Below are positions 39,571 to 49,500 of a stretch of DNA of 64,000 bases, piece by piece (the first letter of the stretch is position 1; each line of letters starts with the position of its first letter). Source of the stretch: a virus; IMG/VR virus record IMGVR_UViG_3300009149_000012, positions 1 to 64,000 of that record. One strand, given 5' to 3'. Under the pieces are notes generated by a model. It searched no databases and had not been told where the DNA came from. It was given only the letters and a program-made list of their open reading frames with translations. The position numbers and the translations under genes are program-made.

Positions 39571-39969
39571 TCACGTCCTCGGATGAATGAAAGTCGATCG
39601 AATACCTGGCTGACAGTTCTCGGCCTTCAGAACGATGTCGTAATCCTGAGCCACGATCTGCTTGCCAACGGGGTAGTTTATGAGCAGACGCCAAAATCCG
39701 AGAGCGTTTGGGCGAAAACGAACGCTGTAGACGCCACCGGACCCTGGAATCTCGCTCCAATAGACGTTGCCCGACGCCACTTGGCTATCAAGCAACGCCG
39801 TTCCATCGAGCAACGACCAGGGTTGCTCGGAGTTGTTGAAGAACAGTTGAGACGTCACATTGGCAGTCGTCAAGCCAGCTTGGCGCGTGTACCCGTCGGA
39901 CTGAAAGAAGTCCGCTTGGTCCACAACCGCTTGATTGATCTCGACAATCCTGCCATGTGTCGTGCTCAT
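39571..39969 (-). CDS. Small beta-sandwich virion protein
   Basis: EIPGSGGVYSVRFRPNALGFWRL. Confidence 0.6.
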   Translation of the reverse strand: MSTTHGRIVEINQAVVDQADFFQSDGYTRQAGLTTANVTSQLFFNNSEQPWSLLDGTALLDSQVASGNVYWSEIPGSGGVYSVRFRPNALGFWRLLINYPVGKQIVAQDYDIVLKAENCQPGIRSTFIHPRT

Positions 39970-40694
39970 GGGAAGCGACGTCTCCTAGTCGTGGTGGACA
40001 CGGAGTTGCTTGGGGACGAGGGCGGGTTCGGGTTTGAGCGCATCCCCACCTGGACCACGATATCAGTCGTGGATCCAGATGAAGGCTGCGTTACCACCGC
40101 CTTGTGGACGATCATCGTGGCCGTCAGGATGGTTTCCCCTGAAAGATTGGCGAACAGACCTTCGATGAGGTATCCGGTGAGATCCGAATCGCCCGTCATC
40201 AAGTCTGCTGCCACGGGAACTGCCACGAGAAGGTCAGATGTCAGGTTGGAATCACCTACGAGGGTGTCTGCCGCCATGATTTCAGCGAGGGTCGCACTGA
40301 GACCCCCTTCGCCGTCCATGGTTGCAGCCGCACTGTAAGCGACTCCTGCTGCCCCAGTTAGGTCCGCATCTCCATCCATGGAGGTAGCAAACGCGTATGC
40401 AAGATCGGAAGTGAGGGTTCCATCCCCGTCGATTGCAGTTGCAGCGGATCGAATGACCGCCGCACCACTGGTGAGATCAGCATCGCCATCGAGGGTTGCC
40501 CCGATCGCAAAGGCGAAGTCACCCGAAAGGTCCCCGTCACCGTCCATAGCGGAAGCGAGGCCCCTGGTTCGACTCATCGCCGAAACCAGGTCACCGTCGC
40601 CATCCATGGACAGTCCGAACGCATATGTGGCGTTCGCGCCACCGGTTAGGGTGCCGTCGCCATCCAAAGTCGCAGCGACATTATGGATAGCCAC
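39966..40694 (-). CDS. Repeat protein (about 10 copies of x-[LM]-DGDG-x-L)
   Basis: AATLDGDGTLT, GLSMDGDGDLV, ASAMDGDGDLS, GATLDGDADLT and further copies. Confidence 0.7.
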   Translation of the reverse strand: MAIHNVAATLDGDGTLTGGANATYAFGLSMDGDGDLVSAMSRTRGLASAMDGDGDLSGDFAFAIGATLDGDADLTSGAAVIRSAATAIDGDGTLTSDLAYAFATSMDGDADLTGAAGVAYSAAATMDGEGGLSATLAEIMAADTLVGDSNLTSDLLVAVPVAADLMTGDSDLTGYLIEGLFANLSGETILTATMIVHKAVVTQPSSGSTTDIVVQVGMRSNPNPPSSPSNSVSTTTRRRRFP

Positions 40695-40702
40695 TGATTA
40701 CC

Positions 40703-41125
40703 CTACTGCTCTTGCGCCGTGATCGAACTGACCGGGAAGGTGACCGTATCACCCGGGTCGACCGTCTTCGAGGCGGTGAGCGCACCGTAGTACAGCATGT
40801 TGCCGGCCGTGGCTGCGTCGAGAAGCGCCATGTGCGTGACGGTGCCCCAGGACAAGGTTGCCGTGGGGAAGGTCACTGCGCCACCCGAGTTGGTGGTCTG
40901 GCGGGGGGTACCAGCGGGGGCACCGAACAGACCTGTGGCTGCAACCCGTGCGTAGGCTGTGCCGACCGTGGTCACTTCCGCAACCTGGCTACCGGCGTTG
41001 CCGGGATCTGCCGTGAACAGGGCCACGTAGACCGCTGCCGGGCTGGTGGCGGTGAAGTTGGCGTTCTGGCAAAGCCAGAAGTCCAGGGTTCGTTCTTCAG
41101 CGTAGTACGTCTTGTTGTCGGCCAT
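40703..41125 (-). CDS. Small tail-fibre-associated protein (paralog of 39186..39569)
   Basis: SPAAVYVALFTADPG...YARV...FPTATLSWGTVTH...DAATAGNMLYYG. Confidence 0.7.
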   Translation of the reverse strand: MADNKTYYAEERTLDFWLCQNANFTATSPAAVYVALFTADPGNAGSQVAEVTTVGTAYARVAATGLFGAPAGTPRQTTNSGGAVTFPTATLSWGTVTHMALLDAATAGNMLYYGALTASKTVDPGDTVTFPVSSITAQEQ

Positions 41126-41705
41126 GAGTCAGTTCCTTGTTAGGAGGTTGGTCACCTGTAGATGCCTTATGAACAGAAAACCGATCATCCCACTCATCAA
41201 GAAACGCCGCCGCCGCCCGAAGCAGCGAAGCATCGTCTTTGGCATACCCAAGAACCAGGTTGCAATTTCGGTGGATCAACCCCCGCACACACTTGCCGCA
41301 AGACTTTTTCCCCGAACAGCACGTCCGGTCGTGATCCACACAAACGGAGAGAGGGTCCTTGCCCTCTTTGAGCATGGGCTTATGGCAAACAGCGCACAAA
41401 CCATCCTGAGCTTGCCAAAGGGCTTCGAAATCGACGTTGTACCTTCCTCGATACACGATGGCCTTGAACTGCTTGGGGTGTCGTAGCTGCCAATCCCGAG
41501 AAATCTGGGACGCACGGCCAGGATTCTTAGCTCGCCAAGCCGTTGTTCGTGCGTTGTACTTTTGAGGGTCGGCTGCTTGCCGAGCCGTGTTGTCTTTATT
41601 GGTGCAGACTTTACACTGGGCTCGGCGTTTGGTGGGATCGTTTCGTCGACACAGATGAAAGTCGTCTTCGTCTTTGTCTAGGCCACACTTGGTGCATCGC
41701 TTCAT
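41097..41705 (-). CDS. Endonuclease VII-family homing endonuclease
   Basis: CTKC...CKVC, then QDGLCAVC...CVDHDR...VRGLIHRNCNLVLG. Confidence 0.85.
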   Translation of the reverse strand: MKRCTKCGLDKDEDDFHLCRRNDPTKRRAQCKVCTNKDNTARQAADPQKYNARTTAWRAKNPGRASQISRDWQLRHPKQFKAIVYRGRYNVDFEALWQAQDGLCAVCHKPMLKEGKDPLSVCVDHDRTCCSGKKSCGKCVRGLIHRNCNLVLGYAKDDASLLRAAAAFLDEWDDRFSVHKASTGDQPPNKELTHGRQQDVLR

Positions 41706-41744
41706 GGGATGAGTCTAGCACCCCGCTTCGCATATGACAAAGTT

Positions 41745-42008
41745 TTAGCCCATGTGGCATATCGATTTCAACGATTTAATTGCGTGGGCATATGGGAGGG
41801 CAGGCACTTTCCCGTTGTGGTTGAACCACGCTTTTTTCAACTCCGGGATGTTCGCAATGCTGTCGTCGAAGACGAACAACACCCGATTCTTGTGATCCCG
41901 TTCCGTCGTGGTCATCTGCACACCAGCCACCTGAAGGTAGGCGGCGAAGTACAAGTCGTTGGTTTTGAAACCCCCATTAGGGTCAGTGCTTACCATTTGG
42001 TTTCCCAT
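41745..42008 (-). CDS. DUF5659-like small protein
   Basis: FKTNDLYFAAYL...RVLFVF. Confidence 0.6.
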   Translation of the reverse strand: MGNQMVSTDPNGGFKTNDLYFAAYLQVAGVQMTTTERDHKNRVLFVFDDSIANIPELKKAWFNHNGKVPALPYAHAIKSLKSICHMG

Positions 42009-42085
42009 CTTATCTCGCGCCCTCGAAAGGCGGTTTAGCTGTCACATCCCAATCCCGTTTACATCTCAGGCCAAGGGGCCTCCGG

Positions 42086-43213
42086 TCATACCAGAACGAA
42101 CGTGTTGCTCGCCAAGCTGGTGAACCGAACCTGAACAGAAGTCGTGGTTGCTGCAACGCCCGGGATGAGCGCTGCCGGAATCACGATGCTCGTTGCTGTG
42201 ATCGTGCCGCCCGCAGCGGTGATGATCTCGTGCGGAAGAACCTTGGGGCCCGAACCGGTGAACTTCACCTGGGTGGCGTAGATTTCCTCGTTGCCGAGTC
42301 CGACGCCCGTGATGGTGACGTCACCCGCTGCGGGAACGTTCACCTGGGCGTTCGTGATGTTGGGCACCGGAGCGACGAAAGCGGTAACGCCGTCGTCCTG
42401 AACCACTGAAAGGGCCGCACCACTCACCAGGGGCGGGTGACGACGGGGATCCGGGTTGTACGTTGCGCTCAAGCCTTCGGAGATCATGCCGACCTGGAAG
42501 CTCTTGGTTGCGACGTCGGTGTCAACGAACTTCGGAGCGATGGCGTTTGCAACGCCGGCCACGGTACCCCGGGTTGTCGGGATGTACAGAAGTGCGTTGG
42601 GTGCGGTGCCGGCGCCTGTGCCGCCAATCGTTGCTGGGCTCACGTCGAGGGGTCCACCAACCGGGAGACATGCCGTGATATATTCGGTCGCTGCGGGCAT
42701 CGTGCGAACCACACCGATAGCTGGCAAACCTCCCGGAGTGTTGAAGGTCGAGCCACCCGCAACGGTGTCCAACTCGAAGTAGGAGGCAACACCATACGTC
42801 GACGATTCGAGGTGCAGATGTTCCGCCGCAACGACAACGGAGCCGTAAGCGACAACGCCCGTGTTCGACAGCGCTGCGTTGACTGCGGCGACGAAGGTCG
42901 TCAGATCCGCATAGACGCCGGCTGCAACCAAAACGGTGGTGAAAGCCGCCGCCGCACTGGTCTTGAACTTGAGCGTCTGGTTACCAGCGTTGATGGTGAG
43001 AGGGAACGTGGCTGCGATGTCCACGCCCCGAAAACTGGCCCCGGCTCCCTCGGTCGAAGACGCGAGGACTGCCTCGATTTCGGCGACCGTTGGTCGGGAA
43101 ACGTAACGTTCCTGACCGGAAGGCTCGATGGCCGGATCATGTTTCGAAACGGGTTCAAGGTCGGCCAGAAAGATCGGGCCTGACAGGTCCCCACGAATGA
43201 CTCCGACGTGCAT
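42086..43213 (-). CDS. Virion structural or decoration protein with a C-terminal IPT/TIG-like domain
   Basis: Ala/Thr/Val-rich; C-terminal domain shared with 43596..44198. Confidence 0.6.
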   Translation of the reverse strand: MHVGVIRGDLSGPIFLADLEPVSKHDPAIEPSGQERYVSRPTVAEIEAVLASSTEGAGASFRGVDIAATFPLTINAGNQTLKFKTSAAAAFTTVLVAAGVYADLTTFVAAVNAALSNTGVVAYGSVVVAAEHLHLESSTYGVASYFELDTVAGGSTFNTPGGLPAIGVVRTMPAATEYITACLPVGGPLDVSPATIGGTGAGTAPNALLYIPTTRGTVAGVANAIAPKFVDTDVATKSFQVGMISEGLSATYNPDPRRHPPLVSGAALSVVQDDGVTAFVAPVPNITNAQVNVPAAGDVTITGVGLGNEEIYATQVKFTGSGPKVLPHEIITAAGGTITATSIVIPAALIPGVAATTTSVQVRFTSLASNTFVLV

Positions 43214-43224
43214 GGTTTAACTCC

Positions 43225-43584
43225 CTATTCGTTGCGTGGAAGCCTGCCCCGTGCCTGGTCGATCTTGAGCAAGCGCAGAATGGCCCCATAATCCGTGTAG
43301 AATCCCGAAATCGCCTGAAGGAACGTCATGTCGTCGAACCTCCAAGCAAATTTGGCCTGGCGAACCCAGACCCGTAGGTTCCGCAAACTACGGAGATAGA
43401 ATTCCGCACGGTCGAGCGTCTTGAATTCCGATTCCGCAGCACTGATTTCTTTGTGCAGTCCTTCGATGGTCGTGAGCATTTGACGGCGATAGGGCTCCAC
43501 GAGAAGATTCGTGGGGCGCCACCGCCGATCAATTTGCTGGAATTGACCATCGGTCTTGTCCAAGAGGGAAGGAAGGACTGCCAC
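43225..43584 (-). CDS. Hypothetical protein
   Basis: 119-aa ORF within the operon. Confidence 0.6.
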   Translation of the reverse strand: MAVLPSLLDKTDGQFQQIDRRWRPTNLLVEPYRRQMLTTIEGLHKEISAAESEFKTLDRAEFYLRSLRNLRVWVRQAKFAWRFDDMTFLQAISGFYTDYGAILRLLKIDQARGRLPRNE

Positions 43585-43595
43585 ACGTTCAACCC

Positions 43596-44198
43596 TTAGA
43601 CCACCGCCACCGGGGTACCAGACGTTTGCGCATCGGCCTCGACCACAGCGAACGTCGTCGCCGCAGCGATACCGGGAATGAGCGCCGCAAGGATCACGAT
43701 GCTCGTGTCAGTAACCGTCCCACCGCCTGCGACGATCTGGGCTGCCGTGAGCGTCACGGCTCCTGTCCCCGTGAGAACTACCGAGGTGATCTCCGGTTGA
43801 ATGGACAGGAAGTCCGTTCCCGTGATTGTCAAGTCGCCAGCGGCCGGGGCGTTGAGCGTCGGGGCAGTGACGACCGGCGCAGTCAGGTCTCCAGGCGTAA
43901 ACGTCACGACCTGAACGAAACCAGTTTGCTGCCACTTGAAGATCTTGCCCTTGCCAGCGGACAATTCGACTCGCTGGGTCTCTCGCAAGTCGATGTACCC
44001 TGCGATGGTCGACGAGCCCGTCTTCCAGAAGGGCACGTACATGGGCTGCTTGGGGTCATTGGCGTACCCGTCGCGCTTGTAGGCCTTGGGGTCCGCAGTG
44101 CTCCCAAGGCGATGAGCCGACTTGTTGGGCATCCCATCATCGATGTCATCAATACGGATGGGACCCTGTGTGGTCTGATTGTGGATGAGACGGTACAT
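43596..44198 (-). CDS. Virion structural or decoration protein with an IPT/TIG-like domain
   Basis: GAGGA RBS before MYRLIHN; PAAGDLTITG...AALIPG. Confidence 0.6.
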   Translation of the reverse strand: MYRLIHNQTTQGPIRIDDIDDGMPNKSAHRLGSTADPKAYKRDGYANDPKQPMYVPFWKTGSSTIAGYIDLRETQRVELSAGKGKIFKWQQTGFVQVVTFTPGDLTAPVVTAPTLNAPAAGDLTITGTDFLSIQPEITSVVLTGTGAVTLTAAQIVAGGGTVTDTSIVILAALIPGIAAATTFAVVEADAQTSGTPVAVV

Positions 44199-44267
44199 GT
44201 AGTCGTTCCTCGGGTCTGTAGGGATTCCCTTCGAACAGGGCAGAGCATAAAAAGAAACGTGCAAACC

Positions 44268-45128
44268 TCACAAGAGAATGGGGCTCGCAGAATCCTCGTA
44301 GCCCATTTCAATCAGTTCTTGGATCTCCTTTTGGCCGAAATCCAAGGAATTCGTCGGATATGGTCTTGAAGGCCAGACAAGGCGCACCTTCACGTGCTTG
44401 TACTTGCCGCCGAGCTTGGAAATCTGGTTCTTGAGTCCACACACCTGAAGATCGTTGCGAATGATCTCCATGGACATGAGATCCACCGCCCTCATCGCGT
44501 AGGGAAGCGTCGTTTTGCCTTTTGAGTCCCACTCGTCCGGCAGATCTGGATTTGAACAAACCACGACGTCGATTTCGTCGCAGCCTGCTTTAATGGCTTG
44601 CCCAAGAGGGGTCACGGTGCGCACGCCGCCATCGGTCCACATCTTACCATTGATCTCGATCGGCGTGAGGAAGACCGGGAAGCTGGCCGAAGCGTAAACC
44701 CAATCAACCACTTCGGGGTCATCTTCGGTCGCGACGCCAATTTCTCCGTCATCCCAGCACACGGCCAGAACACGCAAAAGCCGATCAGATTCTGCAATCA
44801 GCTTCGGGTCGATGTTTTTCTTGAGCCGGTCGTACAGGGGGGCCGAGTTGTACACGGAGGGCTTCCACAGAGCAGAGGCAAGGTACCACCCGAACCAATG
44901 CTTCCAGACGCCGTCGTTGCCAATCTCGTCCCAGAACCGGCGAAGCTCTAGGAACTTTTCTTTCAACTCGCCCCGCTTTGCTTCGGCGAGCTTGGCTGTG
45001 TCAATTGCACCGACCGAGACGCCGGCCATCAAATCGTAATCCTGGTCCTCTTCCATGATCCAGCGAAGCAAGACACCGATTTGATACGCGCCCTTCTTAC
45101 CGCCACCACTTAGAACTAAGCCTTTCAT
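44268..45128 (-). CDS. Patatin-like phospholipase
   Basis: LVLSGGGKKG, GVSVG nucleophile elbow, ASASFP, DGG. Confidence 0.9.
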   Translation of the reverse strand: MKGLVLSGGGKKGAYQIGVLLRWIMEEDQDYDLMAGVSVGAIDTAKLAEAKRGELKEKFLELRRFWDEIGNDGVWKHWFGWYLASALWKPSVYNSAPLYDRLKKNIDPKLIAESDRLLRVLAVCWDDGEIGVATEDDPEVVDWVYASASFPVFLTPIEINGKMWTDGGVRTVTPLGQAIKAGCDEIDVVVCSNPDLPDEWDSKGKTTLPYAMRAVDLMSMEIIRNDLQVCGLKNQISKLGGKYKHVKVRLVWPSRPYPTNSLDFGQKEIQELIEMGYEDSASPILL

Positions 45129-46540
45129 CCTGCATCCTCGCTCACGCTCGTGCAGTAGAACGTGATGGTTAGACCTTCGCCCTCGGTGCAGACGTCATCC
45201 TCGGTGATGACGTGAAGCTGCATGCCCGCAGATGAATAAAGGTCCCGGGCCGTGGCGTAGTTGAACGGGATGGCCTGGACGTCGTTTTTCATACCACGGC
45301 TTTTCATCCTGAAAAGCTTGAGATCCGAGATCGCTTTTTCCTCAGCGCTCGCCCCAATTGCCTGAACAGGCGGCAGCGCTCCACGAGCTTCCGTGACGAT
45401 TTGACTCACCCGGTGGTACATATCCCGTTGCAAGTCGATTCGATCGCCGGAAGCATAAGGAGTCGGATTCCAATTCGAGTTTCGAAACGTGAAGTACATG
45501 GGCATTATCACAACCAACACGCACATCTCGTCCGAAGGCGCTGTCACATTCCAACCCGTCCCAGACCACTCGACAATTGTCCCATCCAGGCCTAGCCAAT
45601 CGCCCGTGCCCCCTGCGTTGACAAGATACCGATCTCCTGTCCCCGGAGAGGCGGGGGGATCCGAAAGCAGGTTGATGACAGGGGACACAGAGTTGGCTCC
45701 CTGCACATATTCAGGAGCAAAGGCGTCGACGAAGCCCATGACCACGTAGCCAAAGCTCGTGTTGAGCACGGCGTCCGCTGAGAAGTCGGCTTCCGCATCC
45801 TCGATCCGAAGCGTTCTGCCAGCGCTGGGCTCGATGACGAAAGAAGATCCGTTGGCATAGCTGTAGGAAGCCGTGACCGTGTGGCCTTCCTGGTTTTCGA
45901 AGAACACCACGTGACCGTTGTCATAGTCGATGTAGTAGTCACCATCTGCCGAAGTCCACTTGAAAATCGCGCACTGGGTTTTCTCGACACCATCGACCTT
46001 CACGACAATTTGATAGCCATGCTCAACGAGCGCTGCCCAATGCTCTTGGTTGTGCATCCGGCCGGAACGCAGATCGATCCAATTGATGCGGTCGGCCGGG
46101 GACTTCCACTTGAGCCCGCTCTCACCAAGGACCGCTTCCAACGACTCATCTGTGACCCGGGCCGACGACATGAACCACGTGGTCTGATCGCTGTAGTTGT
46201 GGCTTCCGATGACGATTTCACTACCGGTCCGGGGGCTCCCTGCCAAAAGAGAGGTGCCGTCGTCCTGCACCTTGTAAAGCTGAACGGTCTCACTGGGAAC
46301 GGGCTCGCCATTGTGTGCTGCGACAATGGCAGTCAGAGCCGTGATCTCCACCTCACCAAGCTCAACGTAGAATGAGATCCGAATGGTTGTGCCGTCAACC
46401 CCAACCGGAGACGTAGGAATCTGCTTGGTGGTGATGTCGACGGAGTTGTCAACCTCTGACCGAAGCCGATTACGATCCCACTTGCCGTACCGGGTCTGGG
46501 TCGCGATGTTGAAATCGTAGTCTTTCGAGGTCTTAGCCAT
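45125..46540 (-). CDS. Virion protein with a DUF2793-like domain
   Basis: LSDPPASPGTGDRYLVNAGGTGDWLGLDGTIVEWSGTGW. Confidence 0.6.
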   Translation of the reverse strand: MAKTSKDYDFNIATQTRYGKWDRNRLRSEVDNSVDITTKQIPTSPVGVDGTTIRISFYVELGEVEITALTAIVAAHNGEPVPSETVQLYKVQDDGTSLLAGSPRTGSEIVIGSHNYSDQTTWFMSSARVTDESLEAVLGESGLKWKSPADRINWIDLRSGRMHNQEHWAALVEHGYQIVVKVDGVEKTQCAIFKWTSADGDYYIDYDNGHVVFFENQEGHTVTASYSYANGSSFVIEPSAGRTLRIEDAEADFSADAVLNTSFGYVVMGFVDAFAPEYVQGANSVSPVINLLSDPPASPGTGDRYLVNAGGTGDWLGLDGTIVEWSGTGWNVTAPSDEMCVLVVIMPMYFTFRNSNWNPTPYASGDRIDLQRDMYHRVSQIVTEARGALPPVQAIGASAEEKAISDLKLFRMKSRGMKNDVQAIPFNYATARDLYSSAGMQLHVITEDDVCTEGEGLTITFYCTSVSEDAG

Positions 46541-46550
46541 CGTTCACGCC

Positions 46551-49500
46551 TCAACTAGGTGCCCAGGTCAAAGAGAAGTCTGTCATATTCGCCAGAAGAA
46601 CCACCGTGCCTGTCGTGGTCACTAGAGCTTGAATTCGGAACTTGTCCCCCACCGCAACCTGGAAGTTCTTGGTCAACTGGGTCGACGAATAGGCACCATC
46701 GGTACTGTTTCTCGTGTACATACTTCGGACGGTCTGAGTAGCGTAGACCCCAGCGTTCGGCTGGTAGTCTAGACGAATAGCTGAGGTTGAACGGCCGTTG
46801 CCCGCCGTTTGCTGTACCGTCGTGCCTGCCGAAACGCTCACATAACCCGCCTGAAGAATCGTGACTTCATCAATTCCATCCCACGAAAACGTCGCAGCAT
46901 GCGTGACGTTCGGGGTTGCGTTGAAGGTGACGTTGGTGGCTGTAGCTGTGAGCGTTTGGCTTGTCGCCTTGCTGACATCGAACATTTTGACGTCAGTGGT
47001 AGACACAGCCGCCAAAGAGACCGTTGCCTGCCCACTTCCGTCGTTCGTGACCGTGAAGTCTGGGGTCGCGAAGTTGAGAGCCGAGTGTGGGGTATCTGTG
47101 ACGTTGGTGCCGCCCGAGCGAATGATGAGGGTCGATCCCGAGCCAGTCGGACCCGTTGCCCCGTCGAGCTTGAGAACCGAGAAGGTAGCGTTGGTCGCCA
47201 TCGTCCCAGCGGTTGTCAACTGGTTCTGCACCTCAAGGTAGTCGTTGACTGCCAAAACTGTCTGAGTGCTGATCGAGATGATGTCCGACTCGTTGGTGTA
47301 TGTGATGCTTCCCTGATTTGAACCAGGAATAACCGTCGCACCATTTTTCAGAACTCGACCATCAAACTCGCCCGTGCTCGTTGGGGCGACTTCGAACTGA
47401 TACTTGACTTCGTATGTGCCAGCTTCTTTGACAGTGATCCGAGAAGGGTTGATCGACGTCTCATGTTCAACGATACCGGAATCCGTCTGGACGTCCGTGG
47501 TATCGAATGAAAGGGTCTGCCACGTCGTTGCCATCGTCAGAGTTGTCGTTCTACGAGCCTGGGTGACCGCAAGAGTTGATAGAGCGCCAGGGAGGTTGCT
47601 TACCTTGACCCGTCGCTTGGCAAAGCTCGCAGCCGAATCCTCAAGAATCAGAATGTCTTCGTTGGTGAGACTTGTTTTCTCTGTGAACGGAATCCAATCG
47701 TTGTTGCCACGCCCCAGACCTGCATGCGTGTGGTCAAGCCGGGGGGCTGAAGAGCTTGTGCCCGCAGCATTCGCCTGACCCACGGCTCCCGGGGTGCCGG
47801 TACCAATTCCGTGCTGGTGATCGCTTCGAGAGAAGCTAGAATTCGTCCCCTCTGCCGCCGTAGCGCCAACAAGAACCGCATCCGGAACCGCTGTGGACAG
47901 GGGATCACTATTGCCGGGAGCGTGCCTAGACGCATGGGCCGAGACGTTCACACCATCGACTGTGGCAACATTCCCGATGTCGTTGCCACCCATGTCGATA
48001 TCGCCTGACATGGCCCGTGTGCCATCAACCAAGAATGCCCAAGTGTGGTCGGTGGGCTTGTCAAGATTGGTCAGGGAACTATGGTCGCCGCTGCCACCAC
48101 CCCCGCCCCCGCCTGCTGTCGCCGCATTGGGGTCAGGTCGAATGTCGACAATTGTGTCGATCCCCACACCTTCCTCGACCACGATGAGTGCTGCGTAGCA
48201 CCCAGTGTCGCTCATGAACGTGGGGATGGTTGCCTTGTTTGCGGTGTCTTGAGCCAGCACTGACGTGGCAAACTCAGCGGTGCCATAAATAACCGAGAAC
48301 CGGCCATCGCTGGTCACGATGAGCGTGTCGGCTCGAAAGTACCCGCTGGTCATGTTGGTGAGTGTGCCCGAGCTATCGTACTGCGTGGTGGACAGGTCGG
48401 TTTGGCTTGTCACCTCAGTCGCACCATTCGAACCGTAAAAATAGCTGAACGTGACGTCTGTATCCCCAGTGACGTTGATTGTGTCGAGCCCTCGGTACCA
48501 AGCCCCTGTGGATACATCGAACTGGGTAGCTGTTGATCCCTCGACGACAGCCAAACCAGAGGTCCACGCGATCTTCCGGGTTTGAATCAGGTAGTTGTTG
48601 AGAAGATGTTGCTGATCGTGAACCAGGTTCCGGGTTTGATGTAGGAACCGGATGCTTGTCGCATCCGTGACCACCGTGGCTAGAAGGATCTGAAGAGTGC
48701 TTGGTGCTCCAGTCTGGGCAATGATCGCATCCGAAGCCGAGTCGTAGACGATGTAGTTGGTTGCGCTTGCTGTAAGGGCCACGTCCGTTTCAGCATCCCA
48801 CTCAACATTCCAACTGTCGTGATAAGGCGTATGCCTGGAGATCCAACCATCACCCGCTGCCACATCAACATTGAGACCTGTTGCGGCTGTAACCTCGCCA
48901 CCCCAGTTGAGCCCGGTGCTAGTTTGATCGTGGAAGAAGCTCTGAAAGTCGCAGACCTTTTGCGTAACAAATTGATAGCCAGCATTACCTGCGATGTAGG
49001 TGTAGGCTTCGCTGATGACCTGGATCAAACCAGACAAGACTGTTCCGGGTACGGCTTGGAAGCCAAGCGACCCTGATGAGGCTGACACCAGGAACACGCC
49101 TGTGGCCGAGTCGCTCTTGCCATTCAGGTAATTGCCAACCCAAACTCCTGCTTGAGCGACAATGGTCGTTCCTGTCCCGCTGGATCCGATGTAGGTGCCA
49201 ATGCCGCTATCACGCACCTCACAGGACATAACAGTGCAGCTAGAGCCACCGTCTGCGTATAGGACAGTGGCGTCATTGGTCTTGTAGGCAACGCTCGCCG
49301 TGGCCCCGACAATGGTGAAGCGGGCCGAGTCTGCCACTCGGAACACGGTCTGAACCGGGTTGGTAGCGTATGCCGGGAGAACAGCACTTGGAACTGAGAA
49401 GAATCCACCACTGATACCGAGATACGAACCAGATCCGGTGACCGTCAGACCTGTGGTCACTCCAATACCCACACCGTCGATGTTGATGGCTGGGTTGGTG

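Noticed and set aside
39851-39860. GACGTCACAT matching the first 10 nt of the 17-nt spacer
   Set aside because: Only 10 nt and inside a CDS; compatible with chance across several spacers and 64 kb.
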